DNA of 64,000 nucleotides from a bacterium (GCA_030549815.1 JAUQQQ010000006.1:59450-123449), one strand, 5' to 3'; shown: positions 19,582 to 30,239, counted from the first letter of the stretch. Notes: generated by a model not told the origin, from the letters alone. Program-made: numbers and translations.

Positions 19582-20961
19582 ATGAAGAGGTTTTTGAAAA
19601 GGGGTTCATTTTTCTTTTTACTTTTTATTATTTTAGGATTGGCAATGATTATAATTGGATTAATCTATATCCTTATATCATATTATGATAGGGTTAATTT
19701 TTACGGTAATTTTTTATCTGGCGGAACTGTAATTTACGATGTTTCTAAAAGGAAATCTGATGACGTAGGATGGTCAATAATTGTAGATAGGGATGGAAAA
19801 TCTTATTTGGCTGGATATAGTGGAAGTAGCGATAAGGATTATGATTCTTTCATAGTGAAACTTAATCAGGATGGAAAGATTGACGATACTTTTGGAAATA
19901 ATGGTAAAATTATTTTATCTAAAGTTTTAAATAGTAAGGGGAAAGATTACGCTGAATCAATGGCTTTAGATTCGGAACAAAAAATTCTTATCACTGGTTA
20001 TTTTTTCAACGGAAAAAATTTTGATTCTTATATATTAAAACTCGATACTAATGGTAAGATAGATAAAAGTTTTGGAAAACGAGGAAAATTAATTTTCAAT
20101 GGTATTGCAACTAATAATCCCAAAGCTAATCTTAGTGATATATCACGCTCGATTTTTGTTGATAAAAGTCAAAACATATATATTGCAGGATCAGCATGGA
20201 ATAGAAAAAACTACCAAGTATTCATAATTAAAATAAATCGCGATGGTAAAGTAGATAGTAGTTTTGGTAAAAATGGAATAGCACAGTTTGATGATATTGC
20301 AATTAAATATTCTGATGATCACATTAGTGCAGTTTATGAAAAAAATGGAAAGATCTATATTGCAGGTTGGAGTGTTAGTCGTAAAAATAAAAAAACCTTT
20401 GTGATTAGGATTGATCAAAATGGAAATTTGGACAATGATTTTGGAGAACAAGGAAAGGTAATCCTGGATGAGAATTCATACCCTAACTCTATGGTTGTAG
20501 ATGAAAACGAAAACATATTTGTTGTTGGAGATATTGAAAAGGGAAAATTGGATCTTGATGCTTATTTGATAAAACTAAATAAAGAAGGAAAATTTGATAA
20601 TAGTTTTGTAGATAATGGGAAAATTTTATTTGATAATATTGCAGGAGGTAGTAGAGAAGATTCTGCTACGTCACTATATGTTGATGAATCAGGGAAAATC
20701 TATATTACCGGAGTTAGTTGGAGTGGAAAAAATTATGTTGCTTATGTTATAAAATTAAATAGTGATGGTAATTTTGATAAAGACTTTGGGGACAATGGAA
20801 AATTACTTATTGATAGAGTTTTAAGTTTAGGTAATAATAGCATAGGAAATTCGATATTTGTTGATAAAATTGGTAGGATATATATAGTTGGAAGTGTTTG
20901 GAATGGGAAAGATTTGGATGCTTTTGTTGTAAGGTTACTTAATAATGGTAATCCTGGCTAA
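19582..20961 (+). CDS. Membrane-anchored delta-60-repeat (beta-propeller-like) protein
   Basis: Repeated KLNxDGxxDxxFGxxG and YIAG units; N-terminal TM. Confidence 0.85.
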   Translation: MKRFLKRGSFFFLLFIILGLAMIIIGLIYILISYYDRVNFYGNFLSGGTVIYDVSKRKSDDVGWSIIVDRDGKSYLAGYSGSSDKDYDSFIVKLNQDGKIDDTFGNNGKIILSKVLNSKGKDYAESMALDSEQKILITGYFFNGKNFDSYILKLDTNGKIDKSFGKRGKLIFNGIATNNPKANLSDISRSIFVDKSQNIYIAGSAWNRKNYQVFIIKINRDGKVDSSFGKNGIAQFDDIAIKYSDDHISAVYEKNGKIYIAGWSVSRKNKKTFVIRIDQNGNLDNDFGEQGKVILDENSYPNSMVVDENENIFVVGDIEKGKLDLDAYLIKLNKEGKFDNSFVDNGKILFDNIAGGSREDSATSLYVDESGKIYITGVSWSGKNYVAYVIKLNSDGNFDKDFGDNGKLLIDRVLSLGNNSIGNSIFVDKIGRIYIVGSVWNGKDLDAFVVRLLNNGNPG

Positions 20962-20994
20962 CTACCTATTGGAAGATTTGAAATTTTTGTTTTA

Positions 20995-21633
20995 TTAGGG
21001 GTAGATATAGCTTTGCAGGGTTCCAAAAGTTCTATCGCCTGCATCTCCTAAACCGGGCACTATGAAACCTTTATTATTCAAGTTTTTATCTATCGAAAGC
21101 ACAAAAAATTCAATAAACGGGTACTTTTCGTTTAATTCTACTAATGACTTTTCATATGCTATTATTGAGCAGGCTTTGATTTTTGATATTTTTCTTTCTA
21201 ACAGGATTTCTATTGCTTTATTTATACTACCTCCTGTTGCGATCATAGGTTCTAGTATTATTCCTGTAAAATTAGTTAAATTTTCTGGTAGGTTTGTATA
21301 GTATTGTGTTGGGGTTAGGGTTTCTTCATTTCTTGTTAAGCCGATTATTCCAACAACGATGTCTGGTATTAATTTTGTAAATGCTGGTAATAATCCCAAG
21401 CCTGCTCTTAAGATAGGAATAACTATGTATTTATCTTTTAAACTGAAACCTGGTGCTTTGTCTAAGGGTGTTTGGACTTGGAATTCATTTAATTCTGATT
21501 TTTCGAAGCAGTAGAATACGAATAAGTAGGATAATTCTTCTAATGATTTCCTGAATTGATCTGGAGGTGTGTTTTGATCTCTGAGGATAGTTAATTTGAT
21601 TTTTGCTACGGGATGGTTTATAGGTATGATCAT
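20995..21633 (-). CDS. upp: Uracil phosphoribosyltransferase
   Basis: PILRAGLG, RNEETL, PMIATGGS, IVPGLGDAGDR.FGT. Confidence 0.96.
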   Translation of the reverse strand: MIIPINHPVAKIKLTILRDQNTPPDQFRKSLEELSYLFVFYCFEKSELNEFQVQTPLDKAPGFSLKDKYIVIPILRAGLGLLPAFTKLIPDIVVGIIGLTRNEETLTPTQYYTNLPENLTNFTGIILEPMIATGGSINKAIEILLERKISKIKACSIIAYEKSLVELNEKYPFIEFFVLSIDKNLNNKGFIVPGLGDAGDRTFGTLQSYIYP

Positions 21634-21638
21634 TTTGT

Positions 21639-21713
21639 TGGTGGGCCCCCCAGGATTCGAACCTAGAACCCTGCGGTTATGAGCCGCATGCTCTGCCGTT
21701 GAGCTAGGGGCCC
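21639..21713 (-). tRNA. tRNA with CAT anticodon, probably tRNA-Ile2 (lysidine); CCA encoded
   Basis: GGGCCCC acceptor stem, TGCGG-CTCATAA-CCGCA anticodon arm, GGTTCGAATCC, ends ACCA. G1-C72 and C4/C5 favour Ile2 over fMet. Confidence 0.93.
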
Positions 21714-21865
21714 TTTCCTATTTATATTAATACTACATCCACAATTTTTTCCCTCTTTTTTTGAATTTTATATTTTTATTAATCAAAGAAGGATAGTTAA
21801 TAGAATGTTTAGAATAATTTATATGTGAAATTTTTGAAAGATTAATAAAGAAAAGGGGGATCTCT

Positions 21866-22393
21866 ATGATACAAACAATAGATTATGTAAAAAGTTTAAT
21901 AAGAGAAATTCCTGATTTTCCAAAACCAGGTGTTAATTTCAAAGACATTACTCCGCTTTTAAGAGATAAAAAGGCTTTTCAATTTGTTGTTGACAGCATT
22001 GCTAATTATTACGTTGATAAGAATATTGATATAGTTGTTCCTATAGAAGCAAGAGGATATATAATTGGTTCTGCAATTGCTTACAAGCTTTCTGCTGGTG
22101 TAGTTCCTGTTAGAAAACAAGGGAAATTACCATCTGAGAAGCTCTCTGCTGCTTATCAACTCGAATATGGTGAAGAAATTCTCGAAATACATACGGATTT
22201 GATTAAACCTGGTGAAAGAGTTTTAATCGTTGATGACCTTATTGCTACAGGTGGGACAGCAGAAGCTACAAAAAGATTAGTTGAAAACTTGCAGGGAGTA
22301 GTGGTTGGGTTTGCTTTTATCATAGAACTAACATTTTTAAACGGATATGAAAAAATAAAAGGGTACCCTTATTTTTCATTGATTAAGTACTAA
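21866..22393 (+). CDS. apt: Adenine phosphoribosyltransferase
   Basis: PDFPKPGVNFKDITPLL, EARG, RKQGKLP, LEYG, VDDLIATGGT. Confidence 0.97.
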   Translation: MIQTIDYVKSLIREIPDFPKPGVNFKDITPLLRDKKAFQFVVDSIANYYVDKNIDIVVPIEARGYIIGSAIAYKLSAGVVPVRKQGKLPSEKLSAAYQLEYGEEILEIHTDLIKPGERVLIVDDLIATGGTAEATKRLVENLQGVVVGFAFIIELTFLNGYEKIKGYPYFSLIKY

Positions 22394-22395
22394 GA

Positions 22396-23532
22396 ATGAG
22401 ATTGGGAATAAAAACAAGGAAGTTTTTTCTTTTTTTATTCTCTTTCTTTTTTTTATTAATTTTACAAGCTAAATCTCAGCAATATTTATTATATATTTTT
22501 AACTTACCCATTGATTCAAATTATTATTTAATTGAAGGAGAAAACATATGGATAGATGAAAAAGTTATTCATTTGATTCAAAAAAAAGTGGAAATAAAAA
22601 ATTTAAAAAAATATTTTGATGTATCAAAAAGACTTTATTCCCTTAATTCACTTTGTCAAGATAATAAAGATAAATTAATTCTCATTAAGAATGATCAAAC
22701 AAAGATAATTGACGTTAATACTCTAAGATATCAACAGCAGGATTTACAAAATGTAACTAATAATTACAATAATATAAAAGTAGAAGGTTACAGGACTTTG
22801 GAAACAAAATATTTTAAATTATTTTATACTAACTACCAACTTGGATTGATTTTGTCTAATCTTTTGGATACCTACTATGAAAACATAGTTGGTTTTTTTG
22901 ATTTTAGGTATTCTGATTTGTATAGATTAAACTATAAAGTTCCGATATATTTGGCTCCTACTGATGAAGTTTATAAAAAATTCAATTTGGTACCGGATTG
23001 GTCCACTGGTGCATTCGTTTTTGATTTTTTCTCACCAACACCTAATTTTGTTATCTATGCTCATGAAAGGGATTCTTTTCTTGTTCAAAGAGTATTACCC
23101 CATGAAATAACACACCTTATTTTAGCTCTTCACTGGAAGGAAAATGTTATGGACTTTAGGACAAAGTTTATACAGGAAGGGGTAGCACAGTATATGGAAT
23201 ACCGATTACTTACAGGTCTGGAGGAAATTACTATACATCCTTCTAATAAGTTAAAATTCCAAGATATGCTATATCCTGTTTTTAACTCTAAAGATGACGT
23301 TAGAAATTTTTATGAAAGTGCTCTTTCTTTTACATCTTTTCTAATAGTTCAATATGGAAAGTATAAGTACATACAGTTTATAAGAAAATGCAGGTATAGT
23401 ATGGATGTTATTAAAAATCTCAATGATGTTTATCAATTTACTTTGTTTTATGATGAAAAAAAGGTTATAGATCAAATAGAAAATAGATGGGAGCATTTCA
23501 TAAAAAATAGTTCTCCTACACCCCTTAAATGA
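22396..23532 (+). CDS. Exported gluzincin-type (peptidase MA-like) metalloprotease
   Basis: Signal peptide; HEITH...EGVAQYME; downstream Y..A motif. Confidence 0.75.
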   Translation: MRLGIKTRKFFLFLFSFFFLLILQAKSQQYLLYIFNLPIDSNYYLIEGENIWIDEKVIHLIQKKVEIKNLKKYFDVSKRLYSLNSLCQDNKDKLILIKNDQTKIIDVNTLRYQQQDLQNVTNNYNNIKVEGYRTLETKYFKLFYTNYQLGLILSNLLDTYYENIVGFFDFRYSDLYRLNYKVPIYLAPTDEVYKKFNLVPDWSTGAFVFDFFSPTPNFVIYAHERDSFLVQRVLPHEITHLILALHWKENVMDFRTKFIQEGVAQYMEYRLLTGLEEITIHPSNKLKFQDMLYPVFNSKDDVRNFYESALSFTSFLIVQYGKYKYIQFIRKCRYSMDVIKNLNDVYQFTLFYDEKKVIDQIENRWEHFIKNSSPTPLK

Positions 23533-24440
23533 ATCTCAGTATTATTATACCAACTTTAGGAATTAATGAGGTTTTAATAAAAACTCTTTATTTACTCAAT
23601 TTTCAAGAAAATAAAGATTTTGATGTTTTTGTTGTTGATACATCTTTAAATTCTGATTTTTGTTTACCTTTCGAAACTGAATATAAACTTAACTATGTTA
23701 ATTGTAACAATTATTTTAAAGGTTTGGGAAAAGATGAAATAAGAACGAAGGCTTTTGCAAGGAATTTAGGTATTCATTTATCTAAATCAAAATATATACT
23801 TTTTATTGATTCTGATATGATTCCGCACCCCGATTTAGTAAATGAACATTTGAAATTACTTAAGTTTGATGTTGCTGTTGTAGGTTTAGAATTGCGAACT
23901 ATTTTGCTAATCGAATACCAAAAAATAAAGGCATATTTGGATGGAGTTAAAACCAAAACAGACTTAGAAAAAATTTTTGTTTATAGTTTTTCTAATAGAA
24001 GCAGGAAGGTTTTAAAAAGAAGAAAATTAGAATGGTATAAATTTCTTACAGGTAATCTTTCAGCTAAAAGAGAATTTTTTATAAAAACGGGAATGTTTGA
24101 TACAAGCTTTGTATTCTATGGCTTTGAGGACTTGGAGTTAGGATATAGATTTGATAAGCTCGGGATAGATATAATTTTTAATCCTAATGCTTTAACTATT
24201 CACATGCACCCTTTACCGATTGAAAAAAGGATAGAAAACAAAATTGAGTCAGTTAAAAATTTAAGAAGATTTTATAAAAAATATGAGAATAAAAAGATAC
24301 TGGAGAAATTAGGGATAAATTTCTATAGTAAGTTAATATATGGTTATTTACCTGAGTTTTTAAGAAAAAATCTTTGTAGATTAAATAAAGATTACTTAAC
24401 TAACTACAATTTTTGGAAAGCATGGAATACAAAAAATTAA
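23529..24440 (+). CDS. Glycosyltransferase family 2
   Basis: SIIIPT, VVD, ARNLG, FIDSD, GNLS, YGFEDLELGYR. Confidence 0.92.
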   Translation: MNLSIIIPTLGINEVLIKTLYLLNFQENKDFDVFVVDTSLNSDFCLPFETEYKLNYVNCNNYFKGLGKDEIRTKAFARNLGIHLSKSKYILFIDSDMIPHPDLVNEHLKLLKFDVAVVGLELRTILLIEYQKIKAYLDGVKTKTDLEKIFVYSFSNRSRKVLKRRKLEWYKFLTGNLSAKREFFIKTGMFDTSFVFYGFEDLELGYRFDKLGIDIIFNPNALTIHMHPLPIEKRIENKIESVKNLRRFYKKYENKKILEKLGINFYSKLIYGYLPEFLRKNLCRLNKDYLTNYNFWKAWNTKN

Positions 24441-25645
24441 CTACATTTTTATCAAATATAGAGAAGATTACAAATTATCCTTTTATCATTATTTTGAGAA
24501 ACTCAATGATAAACGTTGTTCCGATTATAATTGTTGGTAGTTTTTTTCTTCTTATTTTGGTATTTTTTAGACAATTTGGATTTTTTCAGGAATATACAGA
24601 ATTTATCAAGAAATTATACTTACTTACTATGGGATTGGTTTCTTTGTATCTTTCTGCTGCTATTGGATACAATTACGGACAGTATTACAAAAAAGAGAGC
24701 AGTATTTTTGTTTTAGTTAGCCTATCTTCATTTGTTGTTTCTGCATTGATTTATCAAGATTGGACAATAAATGCCAAAGAATTTTTATCTTTCCTCGGAG
24801 TTAAAAATATGTTTTCTTGTGTTATTATTTCACTCGTTTCATGTTATCTTTTTACCAAGCTTGAAATAAATATTTTTAAAGATAAATCTATACCTTCGTA
24901 TGTTTTGATAAGTTTAAATTCAATAATACCATTTTTTTTAGTGGTCTTTTTTGTAGCTGTTTTATCTCATTTTTTTTATTTTAATGAGTTTATTCTTATT
25001 TTACTAAAGCCGTTTGAAAATTATGGAGATAACATTGTTGTTGTTTGGATTACAAATTTGTTTTTACACTTAACAAATTTTTTAGGTATTCACGGGATTT
25101 CTTTGATTAATAGTGTATTTTTATCTTTGTGGCAAAAGTATTTAGCTGTTAACGCTGATTTGGTTATTAATCATAAAGATCCTATTTATATAACTGCTTA
25201 TCCTTTTTTTCAGTGGTTTGTTTGGATAGGTGGTGCAGGAGCAACTCTGGGGCTAAACATTGCCCTTTTATTCTCTAAATCTTCCCATTTAAGAAACATT
25301 GGGAAATCTTCGATTATCTTTTCTTTTTTCAATATCAATGAACCGTTGCTTTTTGGTTTACCTATTGTTTTAAATCCCTATTTTTTGGCTCCCTTTATTA
25401 TTACTCCATTGATTTTAGGAACTGTTAGTTTTCTGTTTTTTCTATTAGGTTTTGTAAATAAACCTTATATTGAGGCGCCATGGATGTTTCCTTCACCTAT
25501 CGGTGCTTTCTTATCAACTACCGACATAAGGGCAATTCTGCTCAATTTACTTAATATCTTTTTATCAGTTATTATCTACTTACCTTTTCTTAAAATCTAT
25601 GAAAAGAAGTTAATTGCTGAAGAAGGAAAGCAAGATAAGGAGTGA
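24413..25645 (+). CDS. PTS lactose/cellobiose-family EIIC component
   Basis: Multiple TMs; GIHG, IGGAGATLGL, FNINEPLLFGLPIVLNP, IYLPF. Confidence 0.9.
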   Translation: MESMEYKKLTTFLSNIEKITNYPFIIILRNSMINVVPIIIVGSFFLLILVFFRQFGFFQEYTEFIKKLYLLTMGLVSLYLSAAIGYNYGQYYKKESSIFVLVSLSSFVVSALIYQDWTINAKEFLSFLGVKNMFSCVIISLVSCYLFTKLEINIFKDKSIPSYVLISLNSIIPFFLVVFFVAVLSHFFYFNEFILILLKPFENYGDNIVVVWITNLFLHLTNFLGIHGISLINSVFLSLWQKYLAVNADLVINHKDPIYITAYPFFQWFVWIGGAGATLGLNIALLFSKSSHLRNIGKSSIIFSFFNINEPLLFGLPIVLNPYFLAPFIITPLILGTVSFLFFLLGFVNKPYIEAPWMFPSPIGAFLSTTDIRAILLNLLNIFLSVIIYLPFLKIYEKKLIAEEGKQDKE

Positions 25646-25649
25646 TAAA

Positions 25650-27137
25650 ATGATAAAATTGAGCCTTGGACAAATTATCGATTATGTTAAACCTTTGAAG
25701 ATCATTGATTTTAAAAAAAATGAAGATGATTTTAAAAAATCGGAGGAATGGTATAATTTTTATATTGATAATATTTTTACCGATAGTAGAAAGATAGAGG
25801 AAGGAGAAAGTGGGATCTTTGTTTGTATTAGAGGGGAAAATTTTGATGGACATGATTTTATTAAAGAAGTAATTGATAAAAGAGTAAAGGTGATAGTTAT
25901 CGATAATGAAAGTAAAGTACTTTCTGTTAAAAATGATCCTTTTCTAAAGAACGTTGTTTTTATAGTTGTAGAGAATAGTATAAGTTTTTTGGGTAATGTT
26001 TCGAGATTGATAATAGAATCTTTAAAGAAAAAAAATAAGGATTTTAAAGTTGTGGGGATTGCTGGTGCTGCTGGGAAAACTACTACCAAAAACCTACTTA
26101 GGAATATTCTTGACTTTTTGAAGTTTAAAGTGGTAGCATCTGAGAAGAGTTTTAATAATGAAATTGGTGTTCCTTTAACCGTATTTAAAGTTAACGAGGA
26201 TATTGAATGGTTGGTTTTAGAGATGGGAATGAGAGGTTTTAAACAAGTTGATTACCTATGTTCAATTTCCGACCCTGATTATGGAATTATTACCGCGATA
26301 GGACCTGAACATCTTGAATTTGTGGGTAATGTAAAGGGAGTTATAAAAGCAGAAACAGAACTGACTAATTATTTAATAAAAAAACAAGGATTTTTTCTTG
26401 TACCTTCATCTATTAAAAAAATTTTCAAAGATTATCACTATTTTGATTATTATCCTTCTAAAAAATGTTTAATTAAGGAATTTAGGATTGAACTTGTGGA
26501 AAATGATTTTTTTAGGACTTTTACAAAGATAAAAATAAATAATAGGTATTTCGATTTGTTTTTTGATACTATTCTATCCAAGGCAATTATCGATAATTTC
26601 CTTATGTGTATGCTTTTTTTGCAAAGAGTTCTGAAAAATGAGGAAAAAATAATTGATAGGGTAATTGAAAATGCTGACAAAATAATTTTAAAGTCAATAG
26701 AAAATGATAGATTTTATTTCCAAAAAATCTATGATAATATTTTTGTTATAAATGATTTTTACAATAGCAATTATCTTTCGTTAAAATCGAATCTAGAAAC
26801 AGTTGAAAAAATGTTTAACTATTTTGAAGAGATATTTTTATTTATTGGTGATATGTTAGAATTGGGTAAGTATTCTAATTTTTACCATCGAAGAATAATA
26901 AATAGAGTTTTGGGTTATCCAAATAAAGTAAAGATTTTTTTTATTGGTCAGTGTTTTTATAGTAATAGGATTGTCAAGAAAAATGTAAGGTATTTTGTTG
27001 ATTTTAATAATTTGCCTGAAAATATGTTTAGGGAAATTTTCAGTAATAAGAAGAAATTAATTTTCATAAAGGGTTCAAGAAGATTGAGGTTGGAGAGAAT
27101 ATTGGATAGGATTTGTTCAAAAGTATCATCTTTGTAA
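25650..27137 (+). CDS. murF: UDP-N-acetylmuramoyl-tripeptide--D-alanyl-D-alanine ligase
   Basis: TDSR, GENFDGHDF, GKTTTK, FNNEIGVP, EMGM, HLE, YNSN, GDMLELG, KGSR; ATG at 25650 has an AAGGAG SD. Confidence 0.93.
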   Translation: MIKLSLGQIIDYVKPLKIIDFKKNEDDFKKSEEWYNFYIDNIFTDSRKIEEGESGIFVCIRGENFDGHDFIKEVIDKRVKVIVIDNESKVLSVKNDPFLKNVVFIVVENSISFLGNVSRLIIESLKKKNKDFKVVGIAGAAGKTTTKNLLRNILDFLKFKVVASEKSFNNEIGVPLTVFKVNEDIEWLVLEMGMRGFKQVDYLCSISDPDYGIITAIGPEHLEFVGNVKGVIKAETELTNYLIKKQGFFLVPSSIKKIFKDYHYFDYYPSKKCLIKEFRIELVENDFFRTFTKIKINNRYFDLFFDTILSKAIIDNFLMCMLFLQRVLKNEEKIIDRVIENADKIILKSIENDRFYFQKIYDNIFVINDFYNSNYLSLKSNLETVEKMFNYFEEIFLFIGDMLELGKYSNFYHRRIINRVLGYPNKVKIFFIGQCFYSNRIVKKNVRYFVDFNNLPENMFREIFSNKKKLIFIKGSRRLRLERILDRICSKVSSL

Positions 27138-27195
27138 AAAGGAGGTAGGATTTAATTTTTATAGAATAATATTATTGTTAAGGAAAAAAGGAAGG

Positions 27196-27267
27196 GGGCC
27201 GCTAGCTCAGTGGAAGAGCACTTGCCTTTTAAGCAAGGGGTCCTAGGTTCGATTCCTTGGCGGCCCA
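27196..27267 (+). tRNA. tRNA-Lys (TTT); CCA not encoded
   Basis: GGGCCGC/GCGGCCC acceptor stem, CTTGC-CTTTTAA-GCAAG anticodon arm, GGTTCGATTCC. Confidence 0.95.
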
Positions 27268-27271
27268 CTGA

Positions 27272-28024
27272 TCCTGTATTTTTAGTAGTTACCAAAGAAT
27301 TATAGCCTCCGCTTCCCTCCTCTTCATCTCTCTTCTTTTCCTTCACCCCCTCTTTTTTGTTTTTTTCCTCTCCCTTAAAAATAACTTCTTTAATAACTAT
27401 TATATAGTATTGACAAATTACAATTTCATTGTTTACATTTTTAACAGTTTGTTTGTTTCTTTAATTGGGTCTTTTATTTCCGTTTTAGTTTGTTTTTTAG
27501 CAGCGTATTATTTTTATAAATCAAGATCTGTTTTTTCTAAAATCTTGCTTACTTTAATAATAGTATCTTTTTTATTTCCTCAGGAAGCAAAAGTTATTTT
27601 TAATTTCATCATTATAAAACAATTAAAATTATTGGATAATTTGGTTGCTTTATTTTTACCATTTATTTCTGTTCTTTTTAATTTATTGTTATTTATACAG
27701 GCATTAAGATTTTATTCTTCTGATATAGACGATCAAACAGAATTAGAGGGATTTAATGTGCTCCAAAAAATATTCCTTATTCAAATACCTGTTTTAAAAA
27801 GTTATTTTATAACTGCTTTTATTACAAACTTTCTCAATTTGTGGAATGATTTTTTATGGCCGTTAATAGTTATTCAAAGTGATAAAAAATATACTGTTCA
27901 GGTTGGGATAAACTATATTTCAAAATCACTAATATTCGAACCTTCCTATTTTTCTGCTGCTATTACCATTTCTATTGTTATTCCTATTCTACTCTTTGTT
28001 CTATTTCAAAAATACTTTAAGTAA
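27272..28024 (+). CDS. Carbohydrate ABC transporter permease (MalG/UgpE-like); start codon unresolved
   Basis: YIFNSLFVS, degenerate EAA loop, WNDFLWPLIV, TVQVG, FQKYF. The frame is open from 27272 and includes a TM helix upstream of the tracked TTG at 27410. Confidence 0.8.
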   Translation, partial: SCIFSSYQRIIASASLLFISLLFLHPLFFVFFLSLKNNFFNNYYIVLTNYNFIVYIFNSLFVSLIGSFISVLVCFLAAYYFYKSRSVFSKILLTLIIVSFLFPQEAKVIFNFIIIKQLKLLDNLVALFLPFISVLFNLLLFIQALRFYSSDIDDQTELEGFNVLQKIFLIQIPVLKSYFITAFITNFLNLWNDFLWPLIVIQSDKKYTVQVGINYISKSLIFEPSYFSAAITISIVIPILLFVLFQKYFK

Positions 28025-28072
28025 AACTAAAAAGAGGATATTTTATTTATTTTTGTATAATAGAATAGTAGG

Positions 28073-30202
28073 ATGGATAAAGTACAAGAATTATATAACA
28101 GTTTAATAAATAAATTAAAAACTTATAAAGATGATTTATCCTTAGTTAGGAAAGCGTTTGAATTTGCTTCGCTTAGTCACGAAGGACAAAGGAGGATTTC
28201 AGGAGAACCATATATAATTCATCCACTTGAAGTTGCTATAATCCTTACTGATTTTTACATGGATGATGTTACGATTGCTGCTGCTTTGTTGCATGATGTT
28301 GTTGAAGATACTTCTGTTAGTATTAATGATATATACAATAATTTTGGTAAAGAGGTAGGATTTATCGTCGAGAGTTTAACAAAGCTACAGAAAATAACTC
28401 CTTTTATTGATAAAAGTTTAGATAGTAGTAAAAACAAGGAAATTACTCTTGTTAATTTAAAAAGATTATTTATAAGTACTTCTCAAGATATAAGAGTTAT
28501 AATAATAAAACTTGCTGATAGATTGCATAATTTAAGAACTATAAATTATCTTTCTCCTGATAAACAGAGGAGAATAGCTTTGGAAACCTTGGAATTTTAT
28601 GTGCCAATAGCGCAAAAATTGGGGATTTGGAAAATAAAATCCGAGATGGAAGATATAGCCTTTTCTATTTACGACCCTCAAATGTATAATAAAATCTTGC
28701 AATACATAAACCATATTAAAGAAAAGATAGAACAAAATTATCATGAAGTAATAGATATTTTGAGAAGAAAGTTGGATGAAGAAAAAGTGGAAGCTACTAT
28801 TCAAAGTAGAATAAAAACGGTTTATAGTGTTTATAATAAAATGGTTAAAAGAGGTGTGCCTATCGATGAAATAATGGATATCGGTGCTGTGAGAGTAATC
28901 GTAAATCATGTTAATGAATGCTACCTTGTTTTGGGAATCATACATAATTTGTGGATACCTATTCAAGATAGAATAAAAGATTATATTGCTAAACCAAAAC
29001 CAAATGGTTATCAATCTTTACACACTGTTATATATAATGGTTATCCTGTTGAGTTTCAAATAAGAACATGGAATATGCACTATGCTGCAGAATATGGTGT
29101 AGCTTCACATTGGAAATACAAGGGTGTAAGTCCGTGGGGCGATATAGAAAAAGTAATAACAAACTGGAAAAAGGAATTAGAAAAAATAGAAAATATAAAT
29201 ATTGAAAATTTGCCAGAAGAAATTTTTTCTGAAAATATTTTTGTTTTTACTCCTAAAGGTGATTGCATAGATTTACCAGCAGGTTCTACTCCCATTGATT
29301 TTGCTTATAGAATACATACTGAAGTTGGAAATAGATGTGCTGGGTGCAAAATTAACGGAAAAATGGTCTCTTTGGATTATAAATTAAATAACGGTGATAT
29401 TGTTGAAATTATTACTTCTAAAACGGCTTCTCCAACTTTTGAGTGGTTAAAAATCGTTAAAACTAATTATGCAAGAACAAGAATAAAGCAATTTCTAAAG
29501 AATAAAAATAAAAAGGAATATATACAAAAAGCAAATGAATTAATTAACAATATTTTCAAAAATATAACAGAAAGGAATAAAGGAGGAAGAGAAGAAATAA
29601 CCATTGATAATATTCTAAACGAAATATTTGATAAATATTACAAAAATGCCTACAAAGAAATGGAAGATTTTATCTTAGCTGTTGGAGTTGGTGATGTAAA
29701 AATTGAATCAATCGAAGCAAAAATTAAACAAATACTAATTGATAGACAGGAGCAGAAAGTCGATAAAAAATTTCAAGAAAAGAGTAGTGATATTATATTA
29801 GGAGGAGGAGTTCTTTACAGGTTTGCAAAATGTTGTAATCCCTCATTTCCTCAGCCAATTGTGGGGTATGTAACAAGGGGTAATGGAATATCAATACATT
29901 TGCACAATTGTAGGAATATAAAAAATCTTAACGGACAGATTATAAATTTAAAGTGGGAGGAAATCAGGGAAAAGAAAAATCTTAGTTTAAAAATTTTTGC
30001 TTCTGATAAAAAAGGTTTATTACAAGATATACTTACTATTGTATCATCAAAAGCGTTGAATGTTTTAAGTGTTGATGCTAAAACATCGGATGGTTTAGCT
30101 CAGATAAATGTTTTGTTAGAAGTTACCCGAAATATTGATGCAGAAAAATTAAAACTAATGTTATTAAAAAAAGTACCAAATATAATAGATATTAGAACTT
30201 AG
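28073..30202 (+). CDS. rel: Bifunctional (p)ppGpp synthetase/hydrolase (long RSH)
   Basis: SGEPYIIHP, HDVVEDT, KLADRLHN, RIKDYIAKPKPNGYQSLHT, EFQIRT, TGS, AKCC and ACT regions. Confidence 0.96.
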   Translation: MDKVQELYNSLINKLKTYKDDLSLVRKAFEFASLSHEGQRRISGEPYIIHPLEVAIILTDFYMDDVTIAAALLHDVVEDTSVSINDIYNNFGKEVGFIVESLTKLQKITPFIDKSLDSSKNKEITLVNLKRLFISTSQDIRVIIIKLADRLHNLRTINYLSPDKQRRIALETLEFYVPIAQKLGIWKIKSEMEDIAFSIYDPQMYNKILQYINHIKEKIEQNYHEVIDILRRKLDEEKVEATIQSRIKTVYSVYNKMVKRGVPIDEIMDIGAVRVIVNHVNECYLVLGIIHNLWIPIQDRIKDYIAKPKPNGYQSLHTVIYNGYPVEFQIRTWNMHYAAEYGVASHWKYKGVSPWGDIEKVITNWKKELEKIENINIENLPEEIFSENIFVFTPKGDCIDLPAGSTPIDFAYRIHTEVGNRCAGCKINGKMVSLDYKLNNGDIVEIITSKTASPTFEWLKIVKTNYARTRIKQFLKNKNKKEYIQKANELINNIFKNITERNKGGREEITIDNILNEIFDKYYKNAYKEMEDFILAVGVGDVKIESIEAKIKQILIDRQEQKVDKKFQEKSSDIILGGGVLYRFAKCCNPSFPQPIVGYVTRGNGISIHLHNCRNIKNLNGQIINLKWEEIREKKNLSLKIFASDKKGLLQDILTIVSSKALNVLSVDAKTSDGLAQINVLLEVTRNIDAEKLKLMLLKKVPNIIDIRT

Positions 30203-30239
30203 GAGGAAAGATTTTTTTTTTGTAAGATTATATAATTAT

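Noticed and set aside
21639-21713. CAT-anticodon tRNA as initiator tRNA-fMet
   Set aside because: It has a paired G1-C72 and lacks the three consecutive G-C pairs in the anticodon stem.
27152-27346. 64-aa minus-strand ORF
   Set aside because: It is antisense to tRNA-Lys and to the permease N-terminal coding region.
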